A stretch of DNA of 16,298 bases from Archangium sp. (GCA_031367385.1 JANLPS010000546.1:1-16298), one strand, 5' to 3'. Shown: positions 7,836-16,296, counted from the stretch's first letter. Made by a program: numbers and translations. The notes: generated by a model not told the origin, from the letters alone.

Positions 7836-7878
7836 GGGTCCTTCGACTGCGGCCCTTCAGGCCTTCGCTCAGGATGAC
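7836..7878. repeat. REP-like palindromic element between convergent genes (possible terminator)
   Basis: Sequence GGGTCCTTCGACTGCGGCCCTTCAGGCCTTCGCTCAGGATGAC has nested inverted arms TCCT/AGGA, CGA/TCG and GGCC/GGCC. The reverse strand begins GTCATCCTGAGCGAAG, a form I recognise from dispersed bacterial intergenic repeats. Only one copy is present in the window. Confidence 0.65.
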
Positions 7879-7892
7879 CGGGGGGGACGTGC

Positions 7893-8321
7893 TCATTTCG
7901 GCAGAATCACGGCGCCGCGTGAACGGCCCCAGGCGACGACCAAGCACAGCACGCCGAGCACGGTCGAGCCCACCATCTTGTCGGGCTCACCAATGAGAAC
8001 GTGCGTGCCTGCCGCTCCGGCCATGATGATGAAGAGGCCGAGGGCGGCGAAGACCGTCAACTTCGGCATGATCCTCGAGGCTGAGGGCACGATGAGACCA
8101 ATCGCGCCAAGCAGCTCGAGCACGCCGATGCCCTTCACCATGAGCGGCGAAAAATGCGCTACCCAGGCCTGCGTGACCACGAGCTCGTCGACGGGCTTCA
8201 GCACTTTCATCAAGCCAGTCACCACGAACGTGAGCGCGAGCAACACCTGCAGCGCCCACAATGCGTAGTTCATCACTTTGCCGCTTCGAACTTGTGGCGT
8301 GGCTTCGGTTGAGGCGTTCAT
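7893..8321 (-). CDS. DoxX family (DoxX_2-like) membrane protein
   Basis: Four hydrophobic helices with ALWALQVLLALTFVVTGLMK, IGVLELLGAIGLIVP, MAGAAGTH and VAWGR. Alternative start ATG 8273. Confidence 0.88.
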   Translation of the reverse strand: MNASTEATPQVRSGKVMNYALWALQVLLALTFVVTGLMKVLKPVDELVVTQAWVAHFSPLMVKGIGVLELLGAIGLIVPSASRIMPKLTVFAALGLFIIMAGAAGTHVLIGEPDKMVGSTVLGVLCLVVAWGRSRGAVILPK

Positions 8322-8345
8322 ACCTCAAGGCCTTACTCCTCTTAC

Positions 8346-9776
8346 TCAGAGGCCGATGACGTCATTTACGCGTTCGGCGAAATAGTGCTGCAGCCGGTCG
8401 CGCGCCTCGCCGCGGTAGATCAGCACGTGCGCGGGTCCGCACAGTGTTTCCTCGGTCGCTGGGCCGACGGCTCGTTCAATCGCAACACGGTCGAGGCCGT
8501 CAGCGATGATCAGCCCCATGCTCTTCGGGTCTCGAAACCACTGCCGCGAAATGATGCCCAGGTACGGGGTCTGAAGCGCTTCGTCGAATGAAACGACCGT
8601 CACTTTTTTCGCCAGCAACGTGAGTGGCTTCGCGTGCCAGTAGTCACCAATCGCTGACCCTGCCTCGAGGGCATCGAGGCACTCCGCGGTGATTCGCTCG
8701 GTTGAGGCAGGCGGCACTCGCGGTGCAAGCTCTGCATTCATCACGACATACGCCGTCAGCCCAAGGCCGAGTGCCACGCGCACCACTGGCCACTGCGCGC
8801 CCACCGCCACCAGCGTCAGCCCGCAGCTGATCAACAGCCAGAGCAAATACCGAGACCAGCCAGAGTCGACGAAATTGCCGGTGATGAGCACTGAGGCGAC
8901 CGTCATCAAGGTCGCGAGCATCGCCATGAGGCAGACCGCTCGAAGCTCACGTCGAGCCACGCTGATCAGCAGCAACGCCACGCCCATCATGGGCAACCCC
9001 AAGCGAACGACTCCGTCGAAGGTGGCCCAGTCGGCCGCGAAACGCGCCCAATCGAAGCTTGAGAAGCCTGGAAGGGCGCCCGCCCGAAACGGGAGCACCA
9101 AGCGGCTCAACAGCAGTCCGGCGAATGAAGTCAGAGCGCCGACAAACCACGCTGGTCGACGAGCGCGATCGAAGGTCACCGCGAGCACCATCGCCGGCCC
9201 CGCCCACCCCACCACGAACAAACCGTCAGACAGCCCGCTGATCAGGCACAGCGCGCCCAACCCCAGCCTCGACTTGCCAGCCAGCACCCACCACGTCGCG
9301 CCGAGGGCCGAGAGCACTGCTCCAGTGTGGTACGCGGGCAACCACAGCTGACTGAGCGGCTCGTGGCTGCGCAACCCGGCGAGCAACATTGCGGCGATGA
9401 AGGCCATCGCGAGCGGGCCCGCCGAGCGGTTGATCAGTCGACCGACGCCGAGCACCAAAACAATCAGCGCCACCACTTGAAGCGCCGCGCTCGAATACTG
9501 GGCCCCGTCGCGGGTACCCAACACCACGTGCGAAGCCGCAGCGAACACCAGGTCGGGAAAGAGCGATGGCGCGGGTGTCAGGTGCCATTGCCAAAAGGGG
9601 TGCCCACGCCCGAGCACGTCTTCGACCAACATCGCGGGGTAGACCACGTCGGCGTTGAAATAAATGGCTGCTCCGCCCTCGGCACCGAGGCGGCTGAGCC
9701 AGCTCACGAGCGTCAGCGCCAGCAGCCCCCCTGCGACCGACCATTCGGCGATGTGCAGGGCTCGGCGTTGAGGCAT
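8346..9776 (-). CDS. Polytopic membrane protein, possible GT-C fold glycosyltransferase
   Basis: Many hydrophobic segments. After TM1 there is a loop with FNADVVY...D...W...PAPSLFPD; SDGLF and RYL motifs follow, then a soluble C-terminal domain with GDYWHAK. Start set at ATG 9776 (the track uses TTG 9806). Function is inferred from architecture. Confidence 0.65.
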   Translation of the reverse strand: MPQRRALHIAEWSVAGGLLALTLVSWLSRLGAEGGAAIYFNADVVYPAMLVEDVLGRGHPFWQWHLTPAPSLFPDLVFAAASHVVLGTRDGAQYSSAALQVVALIVLVLGVGRLINRSAGPLAMAFIAAMLLAGLRSHEPLSQLWLPAYHTGAVLSALGATWWVLAGKSRLGLGALCLISGLSDGLFVVGWAGPAMVLAVTFDRARRPAWFVGALTSFAGLLLSRLVLPFRAGALPGFSSFDWARFAADWATFDGVVRLGLPMMGVALLLISVARRELRAVCLMAMLATLMTVASVLITGNFVDSGWSRYLLWLLISCGLTLVAVGAQWPVVRVALGLGLTAYVVMNAELAPRVPPASTERITAECLDALEAGSAIGDYWHAKPLTLLAKKVTVVSFDEALQTPYLGIISRQWFRDPKSMGLIIADGLDRVAIERAVGPATEETLCGPAHVLIYRGEARDRLQHYFAERVNDVIGL

Positions 9777-9811
9777 GGTGTCGCGCGCCGTTCTCAGATC
9801 GCGCAACAGAA

Positions 9812-9839
9812 TGAACTTTGCTAGCTGTATTGCTGTTCA
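9812..9839. promoter_or_regulatory. Inverted repeat TGAAC-N18-GTTCA in the divergent promoter region (ECF-promoter-like or regulator site)
   Basis: TGAAC at 9812-9816 and GTTCA at 9835-9839 lie in an AT-richer spacer between divergent starts at 9776 and 9888. Confidence 0.3.
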
Positions 9840-9887
9840 GACGTGCTGCTAAAGGCCATCCCCCGGCCACTCCGTGGAGCTCATTCG

Positions 9888-11294
9888 ATGCGTACTCCCT
9901 TGATTTCGCTCGTAGTTCTCATTGCAACCGCTGCCTTCGCGGCACCGGTGCAGCCCTCTGTTCCAGCCAAGGTGGCCTTCGATCGCGGCGAAAAGGCCCT
10001 CGGTGATGCGAAATACACAGAGGCCGTGCAGGCCTACCAGGAGTCACTCAAGCTGACTCCGGGCTACGCGGGAGCGCTCAACGGCCTGGGGAGCGCCCAG
10101 TTCAAACAGAACCTGCGCGACGAGGCGATCGCGAATTTCAAGGCCGCCACCGTGGCCGACCCGACCTTCAAGCTGGCCTGGTTCAACTTGGGGTACGCGA
10201 CGCGCAAGACCCAAGACTTCGCCACCGCCGCGGCCGCGTACGAGAAGTACACCGCGCTCGACGCGAATGACGCCGACGGGTTCTACGGCCTGGCCGAGAG
10301 CTACAAGGCCCTCAACCAGAACGACAAGGCCATCGCCGCGTACGAGGCGTACCTGAAGAAAGAGACCCGAGCGTCGGAACAGAAATGGATCGACCGCGCC
10401 AAGGAGTCGATCGCCACGTTGAAAGCAGCAGCGGCGCCTGCTCCAGCGGCGGTGGTGGTCGCTCCAGCCCCAGCCCCAGCACCAACTCCGGTTGCGGCCG
10501 CCCCGACCCCGACCCCGGCTCCCGCTCCAGCTCCAGCTGTCGCGACGACCGGCACTGCGGCCGCCCCGATGGGTGGAGGCGCCGCGCTCTCACCGTTGGC
10601 CGCGCGTCGTGTGGCCGAGGGCGACAAGCTGATGGCCGAGAAGAAGTACCGCGAGGCCTCGTTTGCCTACCAAGACTCCGTCAACGCCGACCCGAACAAC
10701 ATCGAAGCGCTCTTCAAGCTCGGCAATTCGTACGCGGTGCTCGGCTACTACTCTCAGGCCATCGAGCAGTGGTCGAAGGTCACCACCCTCACCCAAGACA
10801 CGGCGACCAAGAAGAGCGCGCAAGACAACATTTCGCGCGCGCAGACCAAGATGGCGCAGGTCGGTGGCGGGTCTCCGCAGGAGCAGAACAAGGCCCCCGG
10901 CACCGGCCCGGTCGCCGACACCACTCGGGCGCAGGCCCGTCAGTACTACGAGCAAGGCGTGCAGCTGATCACCCAGCGTCGATACGGTGAAGCGCTCAAT
11001 TATTTGAACGAGTGTCTCAAGCTCGAGCCGGCGTTGGCGGTCGGGTACATCGCGCGCGGCTCGACGCTGATTGGTCTGCGCCGCTTCGCCGAGGCCGCGG
11101 TCGATTATCAGTATTCACTCAAGCTCGACCCGAGCCTCTCAGCGCCGTTGTACGGCCTGGCCGAGGCGTATCGCGGCCTGGCGCGCGTCGACGACGCGAA
11201 GGGCTACTACCAGAAGTACGTCGCCTCGAACGCGACCGACGTGCGGCCCGAGCTGCAAAGCGATGCGCGCTCGAAGCTTGGCCAGTTGAAGTGA
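9888..11294 (+). CDS. Exported tetratricopeptide repeat protein (468 aa)
   Basis: GGAG SD before ATG 9888 and a signal peptide ending AFA|A. Three TPR clusters (for example AWFNLGYA, GFYGLAESY, ALFKLGNSY, PLYGLAEAY) are separated by Pro/Ala- and Gly-rich linkers. Confidence 0.92.
   Translation: MRTPLISLVVLIATAAFAAPVQPSVPAKVAFDRGEKALGDAKYTEAVQAYQESLKLTPGYAGALNGLGSAQFKQNLRDEAIANFKAATVADPTFKLAWFNLGYATRKTQDFATAAAAYEKYTALDANDADGFYGLAESYKALNQNDKAIAAYEAYLKKETRASEQKWIDRAKESIATLKAAAAPAPAAVVVAPAPAPAPTPVAAAPTPTPAPAPAPAVATTGTAAAPMGGGAALSPLAARRVAEGDKLMAEKKYREASFAYQDSVNADPNNIEALFKLGNSYAVLGYYSQAIEQWSKVTTLTQDTATKKSAQDNISRAQTKMAQVGGGSPQEQNKAPGTGPVADTTRAQARQYYEQGVQLITQRRYGEALNYLNECLKLEPALAVGYIARGSTLIGLRRFAEAAVDYQYSLKLDPSLSAPLYGLAEAYRGLARVDDAKGYYQKYVASNATDVRPELQSDARSKLGQLK
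10426..10585 (+). repeat. Coding low-complexity Pro/Ala/Thr linker with short hexamer tandem repeats
   Basis: Tandem CCAGCC, CCCCGA and GCTCCA units encode APAPAPAPTPVAAAPTPTPAPAPAPA. Boundaries are approximate. Confidence 0.7.
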
Positions 11295-11304
11295 ACGGGG
11301 CGCC

Positions 11305-12294
11305 ATGAATACCGACATCAAAGCGATTACCGAGGCGGTGGCGCGCGAGAGTGCGTTCGTCGAGCCGCTGTTGACCGAGACCCAGAAGGTCATCGTCGGG
11401 CAGAAGCCCTTGCTCGAGCGGGTGTTGATCGGCTTGCTCTGCAGTGGTCACGTGTTGCTCGAAGGCGTGCCCGGTTTGGCGAAGACGCTGACGGTTCGCA
11501 CCTTCGCCGACGCGATCAGCGCGCAGTTTCAGCGCATTCAATTCACGCCTGATCTGCTGCCCGCCGACCTGATCGGCACGGTCATCTACAATCAGCAGAC
11601 CTCGAGCTTCGCGGTGCGCAAAGGCCCGGTGTTCGCGAACGTGATTCTGGCTGACGAAATCAATCGCGCTCCCGCGAAGGTGCAGTCGGCGCTGCTCGAG
11701 GCGATGCAAGAACGCCAGGTCACCATCGGCAACAACACCTTCCCCCTGCCTTCGCCGTTCATCGTGTTGGCGACGCAGAACCCGATCGAGCAAGAGGGCA
11801 CCTACCCGTTGCCCGAAGCGCAGGTCGACCGGTTCATGCTCAAGGTGGTGGTCGGCTACCCGACGCGCGAAGAAGAAAAAGAGATTCTGAACCGCATGTC
11901 GGGCGACACCATGCCCCGGGCGAGCAAGGTGATTTCGCCCGAGGCGATCGCTCGTGCGCGCGCGGTGATGCACAGCATTTACGTCGACGAGAAGGTCAAA
12001 GACTACATTCTGAACATCGTGTTCGCGACCCGTGAGCCGCTCAAGTACGGGCTCAAAGATCTGACCGACTTCATTCAGTATGGCGCTTCTCCGCGTGCGA
12101 CCATCTCGCTGACCCAGGCGGCCAAGGCCCACGCGTTCTTGCGGCACCGCGGCTTCGTGACGCCCGAAGACGTGAAGGCGATTGGCCTCGATGTGCTGCG
12201 GCACCGGCTGGCGCTGACCTACGAAGCCGAAGCTGAAGAGCTCACCACCGAGCGCATCATTCAGCGGGTCTTCGAGCGGGTCGAAGTACCGTAA
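11305..12294 (+). CDS. moxR: MoxR family AAA+ ATPase
   Basis: HVLLEGVPGLAKT (Walker A), RIQFTPDLLPAD, ILADEINRAPAKVQSALLEAMQE (Walker B), ATQNPIEQEGTYPLPEAQVDRF, GASPRA and VLRHR. Confidence 0.96.
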   Translation: MNTDIKAITEAVARESAFVEPLLTETQKVIVGQKPLLERVLIGLLCSGHVLLEGVPGLAKTLTVRTFADAISAQFQRIQFTPDLLPADLIGTVIYNQQTSSFAVRKGPVFANVILADEINRAPAKVQSALLEAMQERQVTIGNNTFPLPSPFIVLATQNPIEQEGTYPLPEAQVDRFMLKVVVGYPTREEEKEILNRMSGDTMPRASKVISPEAIARARAVMHSIYVDEKVKDYILNIVFATREPLKYGLKDLTDFIQYGASPRATISLTQAAKAHAFLRHRGFVTPEDVKAIGLDVLRHRLALTYEAEAEELTTERIIQRVFERVEVP

Positions 12295-12306
12295 GGGGGC
12301 GCTTCG

Positions 12307-13188
12307 ATGCTTCCGCGCGAGCTGATCAAACGCATTCGCAAGCTCGAGATCGCCACTCGCAAAGTGGTCAGCTCGGTGCTGTCGGGCCAGTACCACTCGG
12401 TCTTCAAAGGCCGCGGCATGGCCTTCAGCGAAGTGCGTCAGTACCAGCCCGGCGATGAAGTGCGCACCATCGACTGGAACGTCACGGCGCGCATGAACGA
12501 CGCGTACGTCAAGGTCTTCACCGAAGAGCGAGAGCTGACGGTGATGTTGATGGTCGACGTCTCGGCCTCGGAGTCATTCGGCTCGGTCGATCGCAGCAAA
12601 GCCGAAATTGCCGCCGAGGTCGCCGCGCAGATCGCCTTCTCGGCCATCGCCAACAACGACCGGGTCGGGCTGATTCTGTTCAGCGATCAGATCGAAAAAG
12701 TGGTGCCACCGCGCAAGGGCCGCTCGCACGTGCTGCGGCTGGTGAGCGATGTGCTGTCGTTCACGCCGAAAGGCAAGGGCACCAACCTGTCGGTGGGGCT
12801 CACCTACCTGACCCACGTGGCCAAGCGAAAAACCATCGCGTTTCTGGTCAGTGATTTTCTCGCCAAAGACTACGAGCAGGCGCTGCGCATCGTCGCGCGC
12901 AAGCACGACCTGGTGCCGGTGACGCTGATCGACCCGCTTGAAGAGAAATTTCCCGCGATGGGGGTGGTCGATTTCGAAGACCCTGAGACTGGGCAGCGAT
13001 TCACCGTCGATACCTCCGACCCTCGGGTTCGCGGGCGCTTTGCGCAACACATGGCGGCCCGACGCGATGAGCGAAACAAGCTGTTCAAGAAACTGCAGCT
13101 CGACTCGGTCGAGCTGAGGGCGAATCAGGAATACAGCTCGGCGCTGCAGAAATTTTTCAGGCTGCGCGCTCGGCGCATGGCCGGTTGA
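12307..13188 (+). CDS. DUF58 domain-containing protein (MoxR-associated)
   Basis: GQYHSVFKGRGMAFSEVRQYQPGDEVRTIDWNVTAR, EERE, MIDAS-like DVSAS and SDF. It lies 12 nt downstream of moxR. Confidence 0.95.
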   Translation: MLPRELIKRIRKLEIATRKVVSSVLSGQYHSVFKGRGMAFSEVRQYQPGDEVRTIDWNVTARMNDAYVKVFTEERELTVMLMVDVSASESFGSVDRSKAEIAAEVAAQIAFSAIANNDRVGLILFSDQIEKVVPPRKGRSHVLRLVSDVLSFTPKGKGTNLSVGLTYLTHVAKRKTIAFLVSDFLAKDYEQALRIVARKHDLVPVTLIDPLEEKFPAMGVVDFEDPETGQRFTVDTSDPRVRGRFAQHMAARRDERNKLFKKLQLDSVELRANQEYSSALQKFFRLRARRMAG

Positions 13189-13265
13189 TCGGCAGACCAC
13201 ATCGGCCCACACGGCGCTTCAAGGTGGCGTGCGCAGAGTGCCCGTAGCAAGCTCGAGAGCCCGGC

Positions 13266-14045
13266 ATGTCGAAGAAAAAGCCCGAAGACGAAACGCTGCG
13301 CGGGGCACCCGACTTCGAGAGCGGCGATTCGACCAAGAGCCCGTCAGGCGCTTCGCCGGCAGTCGCCCGACCCTCATCGGCTTCGCTGCGTGCCGTCGCG
13401 CCAGAGGTCTCTCAAGGCGTGTGGCGCGAGCGGGCCTACGTGCCGCGGGCGGTGCTGACGGGCGACGAGGTGATCTCGGGCCTCGAGACCGGCCTCCGCA
13501 ACGTGCTGAGCAACGCGAATCACCCGGCGGTCGCGTTTCAAGAGGTGCGCACGGCGTGGGTGCCGTTCTTGCGCCAAGCCCTCGAACAGACCGGAGGCGA
13601 CGGCATCGACGCCTGGTTGACGCGGGTGCTCCGCCCCCCTGGCCGCCGCGCGATGGACCCGCTGTTCGACGACCTGCTCGCGCAGCTGCGCCGGCTGCGT
13701 TCGTCACGAGAGCTGGCGCAGTTCGAAGAAGAGGCGCTCAAGGCTTCAGAGCTGGTTCGAAAGGCCTTCGCCCGAGAACAGCCGCGGCGGCTCTCGTTCA
13801 AGCAGATGGAGCTCGAGCTCGAAGGCAAGCTGGAGATCGACGACCTGCTGCTGGCCGGCTGCTGCGATGACAATGAGCTTACGCACCGCCTGGCCGAAAT
13901 CGGCAAGACGATGGAGCAGTTGCGAGATCAAATTCGAACGCTGCCCGGCAGCAAGCCTGCGGGCATGTTCGGTAATTTCACCCGGCTCAAGGCCGAGATG
14001 CGCGTGCTCGACGGAGAGATCAAGCGCCGAGGCCTCAAGGCCTAG
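13266..14045 (+). CDS. Hypothetical cytoplasmic helical protein (259 aa)
   Basis: ATG start, G/C-ending codon bias, a disordered Ser/Pro-rich N-terminus and a charged coiled-coil-like C-terminus. It fills the gap between DUF58 and the convergent gene. No family recognised. Confidence 0.78.
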   Translation: MSKKKPEDETLRGAPDFESGDSTKSPSGASPAVARPSSASLRAVAPEVSQGVWRERAYVPRAVLTGDEVISGLETGLRNVLSNANHPAVAFQEVRTAWVPFLRQALEQTGGDGIDAWLTRVLRPPGRRAMDPLFDDLLAQLRRLRSSRELAQFEEEALKASELVRKAFAREQPRRLSFKQMELELEGKLEIDDLLLAGCCDDNELTHRLAEIGKTMEQLRDQIRTLPGSKPAGMFGNFTRLKAEMRVLDGEIKRRGLKA

Positions 14046-15355
14046 CTCAGCATGCCGGTGACGACCTTGCCGGCGGGTATCGACGCGTTCACCACCCCAG
14101 CGTCGATGCCGACCGCGGTCATCACGGTCTTGCCAAAGGCCGCGAGCGTGTCGATGGCCGCGATGTCGGCACCGGCGGCGCCTTTGCCGGTGGCCGACTC
14201 GATGTCGAGCGCGCCGAAGTCTCCGGCGACTGGGGTGACGCCGCCGATGACTCCGCCGCGAAACGGCTTGCCGATGGCGATCGACACCTGGTGGTTTTCG
14301 TTGTGTTGCCGCCCCGTGCTGCTCGCCGGGCCCAGGGTGCGCCCGAACACATTGAGCGACAGAAAGCTGACCTTGTCTTGCAGGCCTGCGCTGCTCAGCT
14401 GCGACATCAACGAGCCGATGGCGCTCACGCCGCTGAGGGTCTGCGCGGTCTCGGTGACCAGGCCGTCGTCGTGGTGGTTGTCACCCCCGAACGGTATGTG
14501 CACGGTGACGACCGGCGTGACGTTCATCTGAATCAGCGCCAGGGCCGCGGTGATCTGCGCGGGCACGTCGTTGTTGGTGATCGAATCGAGCGAGGCCAGC
14601 AGCTCTTGCCGAATGCCGCGAATTTGCGCCTGCGAGGTGATCAGCGAGTCGAGGTACGAGCGCTGGGCCTTGGTCGCCGAGGTCTTGAGCACGTCTGAGA
14701 GTTGATTCAGCGTCGTGTCTCGCAGCCCCTGCAGCGCGCCCAGCGGCCCCTGCGGGTTCGCGAGGGTGGCCTTGAGCGAGAGCGGCGGCAAGATCGGCAG
14801 CGCGGCACCGTTGTAGCTGAGGCCCTCGCTGGGCGAGCTCGCTCCGAGCGTAATCGGCTGCGATTGAATGGTGCCGAAGCAGGTGGCCAGATTCTTCGCC
14901 AGCAGCGAGGGGAACATCTCGCTCGGCTTGATCGCGCCCATCAGCCGCAGCACTTCGGGCTCTTTGGGGTGAATCGGGGTGTTGGTCTTCACGTGCCAGA
15001 ACGCGGTGCGATCGAGCACGTTTTGCGGCAGCTGCGCCCAGGGCTTCGCACCGATGACGGTCTGCGCCCCCAGCCGCATCGAGGTCGCGGCCATCGCCGG
15101 GTCGTCGGGGTGAAAGATGTTCGCGTCGAGGTAGCACCCCGGGGCGTTCGCGTTGATCGGGTCGCCCAGGCCCGAGGTGTTGAGAATCAGGTACTGGGCT
15201 TTGTCTCGATTGCCGCAGGCCGGCAGCCCATCGGCGAGCGCGCGCTGCGGGTTGAGCAAGAATGAAATCGGCAGCCCGGTGGCGAGGGCCCGGAGGCCAA
15301 TGTCGCCAGCGCCGAGCAGGGTCGACAGCAACGCACGTCGTCGTGAAATGATCAT
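14042..15355 (-). CDS. DUF1501-like protein with a Tat-like leader
   Basis: Leader SRRRALL...ALA|D. C-terminal GGDNHHD, NVFGRT, GRQHN and GGVIG parallel the DUF1501 motifs GGWDTH, SEFGRT, GRDH and GGxVxG. Start is ATG 15355 or the coupled GTG 15367. Confidence 0.78.
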   Translation of the reverse strand: MIISRRRALLSTLLGAGDIGLRALATGLPISFLLNPQRALADGLPACGNRDKAQYLILNTSGLGDPINANAPGCYLDANIFHPDDPAMAATSMRLGAQTVIGAKPWAQLPQNVLDRTAFWHVKTNTPIHPKEPEVLRLMGAIKPSEMFPSLLAKNLATCFGTIQSQPITLGASSPSEGLSYNGAALPILPPLSLKATLANPQGPLGALQGLRDTTLNQLSDVLKTSATKAQRSYLDSLITSQAQIRGIRQELLASLDSITNNDVPAQITAALALIQMNVTPVVTVHIPFGGDNHHDDGLVTETAQTLSGVSAIGSLMSQLSSAGLQDKVSFLSLNVFGRTLGPASSTGRQHNENHQVSIAIGKPFRGGVIGGVTPVAGDFGALDIESATGKGAAGADIAAIDTLAAFGKTVMTAVGIDAGVVNASIPAGKVVTGMLS

Positions 15356-15363
15356 GGTCTCTC

Positions 15364-16296
15364 TCACATTCCAACGCCGATGAAGGTGGGTGACAGACAG
15401 GCCGTCACGAAGGTCGACTTGAGCGAGTCGCTCTTGCCCTGCGTCTTTCGGGCCTCGCTAAAGTGGGTCTGCAGCAGCGTCTTCACCGGCGTGAAGCGTG
15501 AATCGGCCGGCGCGATGCCCACGACGATGCTGACGAAATCACTGATCGCCGTGTCGGGGTCGGTGCTCACCCAATGCTTCGCGTTCGGCTGCGAAGCGCT
15601 CACCGCGGAGTCGATCACCAGCCCCGCGACCTGCACGCAGATGTTCTCGAGCGCCGCTCGGTAGAAGAGGGTGGGCTGGTTGGGCAACACCGGTTCGGTC
15701 GCGCCCCGGCCGTACCCATCGGAGGGCATGCCGCTGACGATTTGGGGCACCGCTCCGACGCCGACCTTCTTGCCCAAGACCAGGGTGAGGCCGCAGACAT
15801 CGCTCAGCCCGAGCCGGCCGTTGAGCGCGGCACAGAGGTGATCTCGCCGGGTCACTGCGATGACTTCTCCGTTGGTGCCATTGGTGGTGCTGGGCGACAG
15901 GTTGGTGACCAGCGGCGACGACATCAGCTCACGCACCAGGGTCGCCCATGAAAAATTCGACGACGAGAACGCAGCGACGACGCGTTGAAACTCGGGGTCG
16001 CTCGGCACGCACGGCGCTGAATTGGCGTAGGTGCACAGCTTTTGAGCCCAGGCTCCCGCCACGGCAGGGTGTTGGGCCAACACCTTCGCGAAGTCATCGA
16101 TGTTCGAGACGGTGGTGTCGACCCCGCGAAAGATGAAGCGGCCTTTTTGGGCGATCAACGCCTGGTCGGTCTGGGGGTAGTAGAACCACGACCAGGTGCT
16201 CGAGAGAATCGAGCGGCTCGGGTCGAGAAGGCGGTGGCAGGCGTAGCACTCGGTCGACCCTGCGTGCGCCGCGTCGAGGCCTGGAGTCTGCGGCGA
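15364..16296 (-). CDS. CxxCH-containing protein (DUF1585/DUF1588-like partner of DUF1501); partial, N-terminus outside the window
   Basis: The frame stays open beyond the track's TTG 16158 to the window edge: SPQTPGLDAAHAGSTECYACHRLLDPSRSILSSTWSWFYYPQTDQALIAQKG. CxxCH lies at 16234-16248. The stop abuts the DUF1501-like gene. Confidence 0.8.
   Translation of the reverse strand, partial: SPQTPGLDAAHAGSTECYACHRLLDPSRSILSSTWSWFYYPQTDQALIAQKGRFIFRGVDTTVSNIDDFAKVLAQHPAVAGAWAQKLCTYANSAPCVPSDPEFQRVVAAFSSSNFSWATLVRELMSSPLVTNLSPSTTNGTNGEVIAVTRRDHLCAALNGRLGLSDVCGLTLVLGKKVGVGAVPQIVSGMPSDGYGRGATEPVLPNQPTLFYRAALENICVQVAGLVIDSAVSASQPNAKHWVSTDPDTAISDFVSIVVGIAPADSRFTPVKTLLQTHFSEARKTQGKSDSLKSTFVTACLSPTFIGVGM

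Noticed and set aside
7828..8268. 146-aa + strand ORF
   Set aside because: It is antisense to DoxX and starts across the REP-like element.
8332..8347. CTTACTC direct repeat (two copies) upstream of DoxX
   Set aside because: Too short to call. It may only reflect SD-like purine sequence on the minus strand or a micro-duplication.
10426..10585. Hexamer repeats as a contingency locus or CRISPR-like array
   Set aside because: The units are in frame, degenerate and spacerless, and are explained by a Pro/Ala linker.
11464..11487. Walker A variant GVPGLAKT as a sign of inactive MoxR
   Set aside because: GxxGxAKT is a common variant in MoxR-proper proteins, and the catalytic Lys-Thr and Walker B are intact.
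11119..12396. 425-aa minus-strand ORF
   Set aside because: Antisense shadow of moxR.
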